Shown in pieces: positions 20,069 to 29,530 of a DNA stretch of 64,000 nucleotides (its first letter is position 1; each line of letters starts with the position of its first letter). Below the pieces are notes generated by a model. That model had not been told where the DNA came from and did not search any database. It saw nothing but the letters and a program-made list of their open reading frames with translations. The translations under genes were made by a program, and so were the position numbers. This stretch comes from an uncultured candidate division Zixibacteria bacterium (lineage in GTDB: Bacteria > Zixibacteria > MSB-5A5 > UBA10806). The stretch covers positions 96,001-160,000 of the forward strand of contig CAWFQL010000006.1 of the NCBI GenBank assembly GCA_963817915.1, read 5' to 3'.

Positions 20069-20914
20069 ATGAATACAAATAAGAAAATATTAGAAATGCC
20101 TCCGAAAAGTGAAGCCGAAAACCGGGGAGAAAATCGCGGCAAGTTCGCGTTAATCACCGGCGCGTCGAGTGGAATCGGATATGAGCTAACGCAGCTTTTC
20201 GCTCGAGATGGGTATGGCGTAGTAATGGTCGCCAGAGATGAAAAACGGCTTTTGGGGGCCGCGGCAAAGATAATGGAATCATCTAATGTGCCTATCAAAA
20301 CCATCGCAATAGATTTGGCCTTGCCGGGAGCCCCGTTTCAACTCTATCAGGACCTCAAGCGCGATAATTATAATATTGAATATCTTGTCAATAATGCCGG
20401 ATTTGGGGGATCGGGCAAATTCGCCGAAACCGACTGGGATTATGAAAATATGATGATTCAGGTCAATATTGTGGCTTTGTCGCAATTGACCAAATTATTC
20501 TTAAAAGATATGGCTGCTCGAAATTCCGGCAGGATCATGAATCTGGCGTCGATAGCAGGATTTCAGGCGGGACCATTGATGTCGGTCTACTACGCGACCA
20601 AATCATATGTACTTTTATTTTCAGAAGCACTGGCCAATGAGATGAAAGGTACTGGAATTTCTATCACGGCGCTTTGTCCCGGGCCGACACGTACCGAATT
20701 CCAGTCTACTGCCGGTGTCGAAAAAGCACGGCTATTCAGAAGCATAATGGTGATGTCGGCAGAGAAGGTGGCGAAAATCGGCTACAAAGGTATGATGGCC
20801 GGCAAAACAGTTGTTATCCCCGGTATACTGAATAAGATAATGATTGAATCGGAACGGATTTCGCCAAGAAAAATGGTTACTTCAATATCCAGATTTCTGA
20901 CTGAAAAAAGATAG
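20069..20914 (+). CDS. Short-chain dehydrogenase/reductase
   Basis: TGASSGIG, NNAG, YYATK. Confidence 0.92.
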   Translation: MNTNKKILEMPPKSEAENRGENRGKFALITGASSGIGYELTQLFARDGYGVVMVARDEKRLLGAAAKIMESSNVPIKTIAIDLALPGAPFQLYQDLKRDNYNIEYLVNNAGFGGSGKFAETDWDYENMMIQVNIVALSQLTKLFLKDMAARNSGRIMNLASIAGFQAGPLMSVYYATKSYVLLFSEALANEMKGTGISITALCPGPTRTEFQSTAGVEKARLFRSIMVMSAEKVAKIGYKGMMAGKTVVIPGILNKIMIESERISPRKMVTSISRFLTEKR

Positions 20915-21001
20915 ATATCTGATATAGTTGCCAACGGGTTTCGCGGTACTGCCGGAAAATAATGGTTGACCCTTAAGACGTTGAAAAGTTACATTTAAGC
21001 A

Positions 21002-21364
21002 ATGAAACACGATTATGATAATAGACTTTTGCCGTCAAGAGTAAGAATAATTGAAGAGCGTATCAAGGCGGCGGATATGGAATTTTCGCAATTCCATTGG
21101 CATAAATTTGATCATTACGACAAAATCCCGGCCACGAACGAAAACGCTCATTATATCTGCTCATTGCTTTCATATGATCACTCATCGCCGAAATTCTATT
21201 TTAAATTTTTCCTGCGAAATATCGGGTATGAACCGGAATTTGCCCCAGGTCCCGGAAATAATGATATAATTCAATTTTCCAATAGCCTGAATTGGGAGAC
21301 AACTCTCGAAGTTTTCGATTCCTGGCTTAAATTGATCCGGGAGCGAGTGCAGCAATCGTCATGA
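21002..21364 (+). CDS. Hypothetical protein
   Basis: 120-aa ORF filling the gap between co-oriented genes. Confidence 0.55.
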   Translation: MKHDYDNRLLPSRVRIIEERIKAADMEFSQFHWHKFDHYDKIPATNENAHYICSLLSYDHSSPKFYFKFFLRNIGYEPEFAPGPGNNDIIQFSNSLNWETTLEVFDSWLKLIRERVQQSS

Positions 21365-21401
21365 GCTATCATTTCCAACAAGATTAATTTCCTGACAAAG
21401 C

Positions 21402-21962
21402 ATGATTCTATTTTCTAAAGCTTATAATGTAATATGTATAGTATGGATCCTATTCGAAATCGCTTTTGCCATTTTTCGCCGTTCAGCGGGCTCAACAGAA
21501 GATAAGGGTACATTAGCCCTCTTATGGATTACCATTGTGGTCTCCACAGCTATTGGTAATACTATTCCGTATTCGCTAATAGGTTATTGGGGAATTCCCA
21601 TTTATATCCGCTGGCTTGGTTTGGCGTTGATACCTGCGGGAATAATCATTCGCATTATAGCAATACGCACTCTGGGAAAGTATTTTACCACCAACGTCGC
21701 GACATCCACCGATCAGAAGGTAATCGATATTGGCATTTACAAGCATATCCGACACCCGGCGTACTCAGGGAGCCTGATAAGCTTTCTGGGAATGGGCTTG
21801 GCATTATCAAATTGGCTTAGTTTATTGATTATATTTGTGCCCGTTGCGCTCGCGTTTATTTATAGAATTCGGATCGAGGAAAAGGCGCTTATTAACACCC
21901 TTGGACAGCCTTATATTGAATATATGGGAAGAACGGCCAGACTGATACCTTACATAATATAA
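21402..21962 (+). CDS. Isoprenylcysteine carboxyl methyltransferase (ICMT) family membrane protein
   Basis: GIYKHIRHPAYSG, RIRIEEKAL. Confidence 0.88.
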   Translation: MILFSKAYNVICIVWILFEIAFAIFRRSAGSTEDKGTLALLWITIVVSTAIGNTIPYSLIGYWGIPIYIRWLGLALIPAGIIIRIIAIRTLGKYFTTNVATSTDQKVIDIGIYKHIRHPAYSGSLISFLGMGLALSNWLSLLIIFVPVALAFIYRIRIEEKALINTLGQPYIEYMGRTARLIPYII

Positions 21963-22013
21963 AAAAACCCCTATCGTAATAATAGGGGCTCAAATTCTTT
22001 ACGTATGTATTTT

Positions 22014-22223
22014 TTAGTTCGTCTTTAAAACGTTTTGGGCCTGTAAACCCTTAGGTCCCTCCACTAATTCAAATTGAACGTTATCCCCTTCCAACAATGA
22101 CTTGAACCCATCGCCCTTGATCGAAGTGTAATGAACAAAAACATCATTACCATTTTCATTGAGAGTGATGAACCCGTATCCCTTCTTACTATTAAACCAC
22201 TTCACTTTACCAATTGAAATCAA
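22014..22223 (-). CDS. csp: Cold-shock protein
   Basis: [21 protein letters not shown]. Confidence 0.95.
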   Translation of the reverse strand: MISIGKVKWFNSKKGYGFITLNENGNDVFVHYTSIKGDGFKSLLEGDNVQFELVEGPKGLQAQNVLKTN

Positions 22224-22325
22224 TGGGATACCTCCTGTTAATAATTGATGTTAAACTCTTAAAAAAAGAAAACCTCATTTGCTGGAAGTCCTTTGGGTGA
22301 GGCCACTACGCCAAGCCTCAATTTT

Positions 22326-22354
22326 AGTATAATCATACGGTATGGCCGAGTCAA
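22326..22354 (-). promoter_or_regulatory. Sigma70 promoter of csp
   Basis: TTGACT-17 nt-TATACT; gives a 5' UTR of about 95 nt. Confidence 0.7.
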
Positions 22355-22579
22355 GTAAAATCTGTGATAAAATCTATTGTACCGCAACACCTTGCATCCA
22401 TATGTATGGTATGACCATTCTATATATTGTGGTTTAAGATACATTGGTCAGCGGATGAATTCTTCATTTTATGCCCGTGACAATAATAAGTAAAATCAGG
22501 AAATGAATTTCGGATGAATATCAAGTGATAACCGTTGCCGGATTTTCGGAGCATATTTCTATCCAAAAAAGGAGAAAAT

Positions 22580-23077
22580 GTGCCGAAAATCAAAGGATTC
22601 GATCCTCAGGTAATTGATACAATAGAGATAGAACAATCTAAGTTGACTGACCCGGTCCTGGTTGATACGGTCAGCAATGCCATGAACAGACTTGATCCTG
22701 GATCACAACAATTGATTTATGAAATATTTTATCAAGGCCATTCACTATCTGGCATAGCCAGTCGGGATGGTATTCCACTCAATGAGTTGAACCGTCGCTT
22801 TTACGAAATCAAAAGGCAATTAAAGATGATTCTGGGTGATTTCGTCAAAAATCGATGGGGGCTGAATGTAACCGGCACCTGTAGAATCTGCAGCCATCCC
22901 CGAAAAGAAGCAATCGACAGAGTAATTTTGGCTAAGAATGATTCGGAATCTTGGGGACAAATTTGCAAAAATTTGGAATCAATAACTGGAGAAAAATTCT
23001 ATCCGCCTCAAATCCTGAAAGCACACTTAAAACATATTTCCAGCGTTAACAACGGAGGGAACAGTAATGGCAAATGA
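22580..23077 (+). CDS. Sigma70 region-4-like HTH fused to a CxxC...HxxH Zn-HTH domain
   Basis: AAGGAG RBS before GTG 22580; AMNRLDP..QQLIY..FYQGHSLSGIA..G; C-terminal CRICSHP...LKAHLKHI. Confidence 0.65.
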   Translation: MPKIKGFDPQVIDTIEIEQSKLTDPVLVDTVSNAMNRLDPGSQQLIYEIFYQGHSLSGIASRDGIPLNELNRRFYEIKRQLKMILGDFVKNRWGLNVTGTCRICSHPRKEAIDRVILAKNDSESWGQICKNLESITGEKFYPPQILKAHLKHISSVNNGGNSNGK

Positions 23078-23300
23078 TCATCGACATGTGCAGATTAGAT
23101 TGACAAGAGAGATGAAGCAGGATCTGGAGAATTTATCAAAACGTTACGAGATGACCATTTCGGATGCTATCAGAACAATCATCTATTTCGGCCTGCCGGT
23201 ATTTACATCGCTCATGGATGTCCAGATGGAATTAGCCCGGCGTATCGCCGCCAACCTTAAAAAAGACGCCCGAAAGGAAAGCTCAGTCCAGGGTAGTTGA
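23067..23300 (+). CDS. Ribbon-helix-helix (CopG-like) DNA-binding protein
   Basis: VQIRLTREMKQDLE..S...MTISDAIR; GGAGG RBS; overlaps the upstream stop. Confidence 0.7.
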   Translation: MANDHRHVQIRLTREMKQDLENLSKRYEMTISDAIRTIIYFGLPVFTSLMDVQMELARRIAANLKKDARKESSVQGS

Positions 23301-23876
23301 AAGTATCATGATCGCCCCGGCGTGTTCCATTTCATCCATTGCCTTGATGGAATCGCCGGGGTGCACATCGACTCCTCGGATAGCATCGGCCACGACCAAC
23401 GTTTCGAAACCGTTCTTTAAGGCATCGAGGGCGGTGGCTTTGACACAATAATCAGTCGCCAGGCCGCAAATAAATACTCGCTTTATATTTGATTTCTTCA
23501 AAATTTCGGAGAGCCGGGTACCCTGAAATCCGGAATAAGCCTCTTCATTGGCTGCTGTAGCTTTCAAGACATTCCTGAATTTTTCCGTAGTAAGCTTGTG
23601 ATGGTATTCGGCGCCATGGCTTTTAGCGACACAATGGACCGGCCAAACCCCGCCAAATTCTTTGAAGGAAACATGATTCGGCGGATGCCAATCCCGCGTG
23701 GCATAGATGATATCGAAATAGGGATTAATTCTATTTATCACTCCGACAACTCTGTCGCCATCGCGGACAGCCAGCGAACCTCCCGGGCAGAAATCATTCT
23801 GGACATCGACAACGAGCAAGGCATCCCGTTCTTTATTTATTTTAATTCTTACCATACCTATTTTGCTAACTGCCAT
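23283..23876 (-). CDS. pncA: Nicotinamidase/pyrazinamidase
   Basis: VDVQNDF.PGGSL, DWHP..H.SF, WP.HCV, GLATDYCV; start approximate. Confidence 0.9.
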   Translation of the reverse strand: MAVSKIGMVRIKINKERDALLVVDVQNDFCPGGSLAVRDGDRVVGVINRINPYFDIIYATRDWHPPNHVSFKEFGGVWPVHCVAKSHGAEYHHKLTTEKFRNVLKATAANEEAYSGFQGTRLSEILKKSNIKRVFICGLATDYCVKATALDALKNGFETLVVADAIRGVDVHPGDSIKAMDEMEHAGAIMILSTTLD

Positions 23877-24030
23877 ATCCGAGTCTATGTTCCATTTGAT
23901 AGAGAGGGAATTAGTGAAAAACACCTTATTGGGCCCGTTTAATCAAATTATAATAGAATGCGAACATATTCTTAACATATCTCGCCTGTTCGCTAATATT
24001 TAATCAATTGCGGTAAAGTTTCTTGCTAAG

Positions 24031-24060
24031 CAAAAGGGTCGGCTTGGAGCCGACCCTTTG
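24031..24060. terminator. Intrinsic terminator downstream of the thioredoxin-TPR gene
   Basis: AAAGGGTCGGCT-TGG-AGCCGACCCTTT. Confidence 0.7.
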
Positions 24061-24086
24061 GACTATTTTGTTTTTAGAATATTGTT

Positions 24087-25271
24087 TTATGGCTTTTGGG
24101 GGTTAACCAGCTTTTCGAATCTATCCAATTGCTTTGGATAATAATCGCTGGTTGAATCTTGGGCGATGGCCTGCTTGGTTAGCTCGACAGCAACATTGGG
24201 CTTGCCGAGGGCATTGGCGATCTCGGCGTTTGTATCGAGACATTGTGCTTTATCATTGCCCGCCTCGGCCAAACCAACCGATTTCTTTGAAAGCGTTTCA
24301 GCTTCGGGCAAATTGACTTTATTTGCAAAGCACCACCAGGCGAATTCGTTTAGCTGCAGGGCATTTTCCGTCCAGCCATCCGGCATGGAGCCTTTTTTAT
24401 AAGTGACTGCCTTGGTTGTGTCTTTATTGATGAAAAGGGCTTCATAGATCATCATCTCATTATGGCCCTGTTTCATTTCAGGTTTTGTCGTATCTGATGT
24501 TGCCTGCAGGCCGCCTTTGATATACCCGGGCAAGAGCTCCAATTGATTCTTGTCTACGACCAAAGTAATCATTCTCTGGCATGCTTCGTAGACTTCCGAT
24601 GGAGTTTCGTTTTTCGATCTGACGACATTATCGGCCGCGGCCTTTACATCCTCGAATGTGTAGATATTTTTTAAATAACCATCGGCGACTACTTCGAAAA
24701 TTTCATCGGTATAATCAAATGACGGATCACTATTGAGTTTTTGGGATTCGGTGTAATATTCCACTGCTTTCTTGAAATCCCCGAATGCCGAATACCAGCG
24801 GCCTAATGCGGAAGCATCAGCAACATCCGGCTTGGATTTCATCCTGGAAACCATTTCATCAATAGTAGCCTGATCCTTGATGGCGTCTGTAAAGGTTTTC
24901 AGAAAGAATGATTTTTCATATCCGAGCCAGCGATCAAGGGGCTCACCTTTACTATTAAATAAAATGAACGACGGATAGGCGTTGACCTTCCATTTCTTGG
25001 CCAATTCCTTGCCGTCCCCTTTTTCAGCGTCTATGCGAAACAGCACGACCGATTCAAGAGATTTGATTAATTCTTTGTCGGATTCCGCCTCACGGGCGAA
25101 TCTTTTGCATGCCCCTCACCAAACCGCATAAAATTCGGCCAAAATCGGCTTATTAAGTTTGGCTGCTTGTGCCTTGGCATCATCGAATGACATGACCTGC
25201 GCGGGTTGGGCTGACAAAATCTGAGCAAGCCCGACCACCATCAAAATGGCGGTTATCACATATTTTTTCAT
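24087..25271 (-). CDS. Exported thioredoxin-fold (UxxC) selenoprotein with TPR-like helical C-terminus, 394 aa
   Basis: ATG 25271 with AAGGAG RBS, signal peptide, EFYAVW-TGA-GACKRF in frame with ORF 24087-25046; cis-Pro motif VNAYPSF. Confidence 0.85.
25081..25102 (-). promoter_or_regulatory. Putative bacterial SECIS element
   Basis: GAUUC-GCC-[CGUGA]-GGC-G-GAAUC hairpin; loop starts 21 nt after the UGA at 25116-25118. Confidence 0.7.
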
Positions 25272-25444
25272 ACCCTTCTCCTTCCCTTAATTTCAATTCT
25301 ACATTTTAACCTAAGATTAGTTCAAATTGACTCTATAGGTCAATCTTATAATTATTGAATTATTCACAAGCCCCGAAAGTTCCCTATTTTTGTCCACGTT
25401 ATGAAAAATCAACTGGAAAGTGCTCCCGAAAAGCGATGAGCTAA

Positions 25445-26665
25445 TTATTCTACGATCGACAATCTAGCATTCGGCCTGTATTCTCGGCCCACCTTGGCGA
25501 GCGGCTTGCCATTGAGACGGACGGCATCAGCGGTGAAATCAAAACGGCCGGATAGTATCCAGCTACCAACCGCGTAGATATCGACCGGCACGCCGAGCTT
25601 CTCGAAATGTCGAATTCGTTCGGGATGGAAGCCGCCGGAAACAATTATTTTGACATGCCGGAATCCCTCGGAATCAAGCGCCTCGCGGACCTTCTCGACC
25701 AGCCGCGGAGCGACGCCATGCAATTCGGTTTCGGGTATGCCGATTTCATTCTGCAGTGATTTATCAATCAGTTTTTCGGCCGTATCGAGCCGAACTCCCC
25801 AGAGCTTTTCGCCAAGCCCGCGGGCTGATTCCAGCGAGGTTTTGACACAATCGTTATCGAAATCTACTAACGAAATTGCATTCGTATCGGGATAATATTT
25901 GTTGAATCGTTCGGCCGATAGCGCGGTATCGCCGCCGTATGCGACTATCATGGCGTGCGGAATTGTCCCGAGACCTCGTTCGCCAAACCAGGCGGCCATG
26001 GCGTCGGTGGCGACACCCTTGGCCCCGCCGATATACGACGCGTAGCCATCGCCCCCCTGATTGCTGAAATGATCGAATCTGTCCGCGAAGAAAAGTACTT
26101 GTTTGCCATTGGCGGCCTCGACCACCGCGCGGGTGTTGGTGGCGACTTTGGATCGTCGGGCAAGCACACCGAGATAGAGCGATTCCAGATGAGCGAAAAG
26201 CGAGTAATCGCCCTCGATTGTTATGGCAGTTTCCCATGACGACAACAGGTCGCCATCGTAAAGCGATTTGATTTCGATTTCGCCGTATTTATCGATCCAG
26301 AGCTCATCAAGCGCGCGCGAAATTTCCATCTTCTCTTTGGTCATGGCGAGATAGCTGTCGTAATCGCCTTTGTATAAGGCCTGTCGAACCTGGGGTTTTA
26401 TTTCGATATAGCGATCGAATAATTTCGATGCCTTTTCGTAATCGGCATAAAGACCGGTTGCGCTTTTGAAAATCGCTATAACCTCATCAGTGCCGCAGAT
26501 TGTGACATTATCCTGCTTCTGGAAAATCTGATGAGTGACATTGGCATGCCGATTGTCCTGTTCGAGTATCCGTTTGGCGCGCCAGAAATAGACTGCCGAA
26601 CGATATCCTCGTCTGATCTCCTGCACCGGCAGATCGAAGACCGATGGATCGAGCCTTGCTTTCAT
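25445..26665 (-). CDS. pncB: Nicotinate phosphoribosyltransferase (type II PRTase)
   Basis: GTIPHA, LVDFDND, GVRLDT, IIVSGGF, K.GR; near pncA. Confidence 0.75.
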   Translation of the reverse strand: MKARLDPSVFDLPVQEIRRGYRSAVYFWRAKRILEQDNRHANVTHQIFQKQDNVTICGTDEVIAIFKSATGLYADYEKASKLFDRYIEIKPQVRQALYKGDYDSYLAMTKEKMEISRALDELWIDKYGEIEIKSLYDGDLLSSWETAITIEGDYSLFAHLESLYLGVLARRSKVATNTRAVVEAANGKQVLFFADRFDHFSNQGGDGYASYIGGAKGVATDAMAAWFGERGLGTIPHAMIVAYGGDTALSAERFNKYYPDTNAISLVDFDNDCVKTSLESARGLGEKLWGVRLDTAEKLIDKSLQNEIGIPETELHGVAPRLVEKVREALDSEGFRHVKIIVSGGFHPERIRHFEKLGVPVDIYAVGSWILSGRFDFTADAVRLNGKPLAKVGREYRPNARLSIVE

Positions 26666-26775
26666 GGGAAAATTATAGTGGGTATAGAAGAGGGTGTCAA
26701 GATTAAGAGGGATTTTGCTAATGGAGAATCGTCAGGAAAGGATTCTTAAAGACGCCATAAATATGGAAATATCGC

Positions 26776-27427
26776 TTACTTTCTTAATGATTCAATTGTC
26801 GCTTTGTAATCTTTAGATCCGAAAATATATTCGCCGGCGACTATTATTCGGGCGCCATTGCTTATTGCGGCTTTGACTGTCTTGTCGTTGAGACCGCCAT
26901 CGACCTCAATAGCATATTTGAAGTTACTCTCGGCTTTCATTTGGGCGGCTTGGGAGATTTTGGAGAGCATCGGTTCGATAAACTGCTGGCCGCCGAACCC
27001 CGGATAGACAGTCATAATCAATAAGACATCGGCGAGATCGAGATAATCCGAAATCGTGTCCAATGACGTATCGGGTTTGATACTAATCCCGAATGATTTC
27101 CCCGCGCTTTTTACTATCTCATGGAGTGACGGAATAGTCGCCTTTACTTCAGAATGAATCGTGATATTGTCGGCCCCTGCCGACGCGAATTTCTCGATGA
27201 ATGATTGCGGGGAATCGATCATCAGGTGCACATCCAACGGCAATTTTGTAATTTTGCGAATATGCTGAACGAGACGTGGGCCGTAAGTAAGATTGGGAAC
27301 GAAATGCCCGTCCATGATATCGACATGAATCCAATCGGCTCCGGCCTTTTCGATAGCCTTTATTTCGACGTTCGAGATTGAGCGGATCGGCGGAAAGAAT
27401 CGATGGTGCGACTATTATCCCATTCAT
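26776..27427 (-). CDS. rpe: Ribulose-phosphate 3-epimerase (frameshift near 27367)
   Basis: APSILSAD in one frame; HVDIMDGHFVPN, DVHLM, PGFGGQ, EVDGG in the next. Confidence 0.92.
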
Positions 27428-27431
27428 TATC

Positions 27432-28196
27432 TTATTCCAGTGCTGAAACAGTCAGATTGATTACGGTCCATTTATCGGCCATCGTGCCCTCGGGAATCGA
27501 TTGCCCAACTACAGTCTCAGGCAGTAACCGTTCATTAACCTGATAGCTTATTTCGCCGATCAAAAGATAATTTTCTTCGGCGAGGCTTTTGGCTTCATCG
27601 AGATCAAGTCCAATAAAATCCGGCACCTTGATTGTCATGGTCGATGCCAATCTATTTACTACCAATTGCACGGCGGCATTGAGGCGCATAACAGTCCCCG
27701 ACGGCGGCAACGATGTAATAATCACGCCATCCGGTCTCGTCGTATCCTCAACCCATGAGACACTACCCTGCTGGAGGCCCTCTTTTTGAAGCATGAAGCG
27801 CGCTTCTCTTAAAGTATATCCATTCAATTCGGGCACTGTCGCCGATGCCGAGCCTTTGCTGATTATCACCATCACCTTTCGGCCTTTTTTGACTACCGCA
27901 CCCGCCTCGGGTATCTGGTTTATAATCGCGCCTTTGGGCATAGATGAATCGAATTCCTCGCTGCCCAATGTCATATCGAGATTGGCTTCCTTAAGCTTGG
28001 CCTCAGCCGCCTGTAGCGAAAGATTGGTTACCGATGGCACTTGAGTCTCTGACCCTTCCCTGACCACGACCGGCATCACGAAAGCATCCAATATTATGGC
28101 AATGATAATCATGCCGCCGATAAACACCCCGGCGGTGATTAATAGCCCCCGTGTCTTTTCATTTTTTATATCGAATTTCATCATATTAATTTTCAT
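27432..28196 (-). CDS. PASTA domain membrane protein
   Basis: N-terminal TM plus three VP...G...Q.P..G PASTA repeats. Confidence 0.88.
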   Translation of the reverse strand: MKINMMKFDIKNEKTRGLLITAGVFIGGMIIIAIILDAFVMPVVVREGSETQVPSVTNLSLQAAEAKLKEANLDMTLGSEEFDSSMPKGAIINQIPEAGAVVKKGRKVMVIISKGSASATVPELNGYTLREARFMLQKEGLQQGSVSWVEDTTRPDGVIITSLPPSGTVMRLNAAVQLVVNRLASTMTIKVPDFIGLDLDEAKSLAEENYLLIGEISYQVNERLLPETVVGQSIPEGTMADKWTVINLTVSALE

Positions 28197-29530
28197 TTTT
28201 TCCTCATCAATGCGAACCCGCCGCTTCCAATGCCATGTTTATGCTGCCAGCTTCTATATAATCCAGTAGATACTTTAAACGGCTGAAGAAAGGGAGCGTT
28301 CCCATCCGCAAGATAAAATTCGGAATTAGATTTGATGAATGAATTGACAACATTCTCGATTTCTTCGCTTTCGGTAGTGCATGTTGAATACACGAGGCTG
28401 CCGCCATCGGCCAGAAAAGTAGCGGCCTTATCAAGCAGTTTTTTTTGAATTTTCGCGAGTCGTTGAATATCATGCTCTGTTTTTGACCATTTCAAGTCCG
28501 CATTGTGTGTCAACGTGCCCAGACCGCTGCATGGCACATCAAGCAATATATATTTAAATTTTTCCTTCGGCGCAATTTGTAAAAGATCCACGGCGACAAT
28601 TTCTATATTGGTCAAGCCGGTACGTCTTATATTTTGGGCGATCTGATCTACTCGTTTCTTATCCGAATCCAACGATATCACTTTGCCTGACGGCCCGACT
28701 TTATCGGCGAATGATATAGTCTTCCCACCCGGGGCCGAGCATAGATCAAGCACTGTCGCCCCGATCGGCGGATTCAATAAGTGAACAGGGATCCCCTGAG
28801 ATTCGTCTTGAATAATGGAATTACCATTCTTAAATAGATTCGATTTCAATAACTCGGAGATATTATTGGATGAAAAGTAATCGGGCAAATATCGCCCGCT
28901 ATTTAAAATGACGTTCTCGGATTTCAGCATATTCGCGGCATCATTCATGCTGATTTTGCCGGTGAGAATCTTCATCGAAGTGGTCGGCCGTTCATTATAG
29001 GCGCGCAATAGCTGTTCGGTTTCATCGAATCCAAATCGGGCCAGCCAGCGATTGACCATCCATTCGGGAAATGAATAGATTGTCGAAAGATATCCGGCCG
29101 GATCTTTTGACCTTTCGGGGTATTTGATTTTATCCGGCGCGCGAAGGTAAGACCTGAGTACAGCGTTGACAAAACCCGCTTCTTTGATAGATGTCGATTC
29201 CTTGGCAATTGCCACGGTCTCATCCACAGCGGCGAATTGAGGTATCCTTGACATTTCGGTTAACTGATAAAGCCCCATTCGCAAAGCCGCGCTGATTTCG
29301 GGCTTCTGTCTTGGATTAGTATTGTTGATAAATTGAATAGCGATATGATCCAGTTTTTTTTGATAGCGTATCACTCCCAATGTCAATTCCCAGGCCAAAC
29401 CTTTGTCTTGATCTGAAATATCGTTTGGCATTAATTCGACCAAGATTTCCGAAGGGTCTTTATGGAATTTTATGTAGCTGACCAGGGCTTGCCAGGCGAT
29501 TTTGCGAGATATGGTGGGCTGTAAACTCAC
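28193..29530 (-). CDS. rsmB: 16S rRNA m5C967 methyltransferase
   Basis: NusB-like N-domain, DLCSAPGGKT, DVPCSG, YSTCT. Confidence 0.92.
   Translation of the reverse strand: MSLQPTISRKIAWQALVSYIKFHKDPSEILVELMPNDISDQDKGLAWELTLGVIRYQKKLDHIAIQFINNTNPRQKPEISAALRMGLYQLTEMSRIPQFAAVDETVAIAKESTSIKEAGFVNAVLRSYLRAPDKIKYPERSKDPAGYLSTIYSFPEWMVNRWLARFGFDETEQLLRAYNERPTTSMKILTGKISMNDAANMLKSENVILNSGRYLPDYFSSNNISELLKSNLFKNGNSIIQDESQGIPVHLLNPPIGATVLDLCSAPGGKTISFADKVGPSGKVISLDSDKKRVDQIAQNIRRTGLTNIEIVAVDLLQIAPKEKFKYILLDVPCSGLGTLTHNADLKWSKTEHDIQRLAKIQKKLLDKAATFLADGGSLVYSTCTTESEEIENVVNSFIKSNSEFYLADGNAPFLQPFKVSTGLYRSWQHKHGIGSGGFALMRKK

Noticed and set aside
15729..23300. Complete prophage
   Set aside because: No integrase, att repeats, capsid, tail, replication or lysis genes recognised; flanks are ordinary host genes
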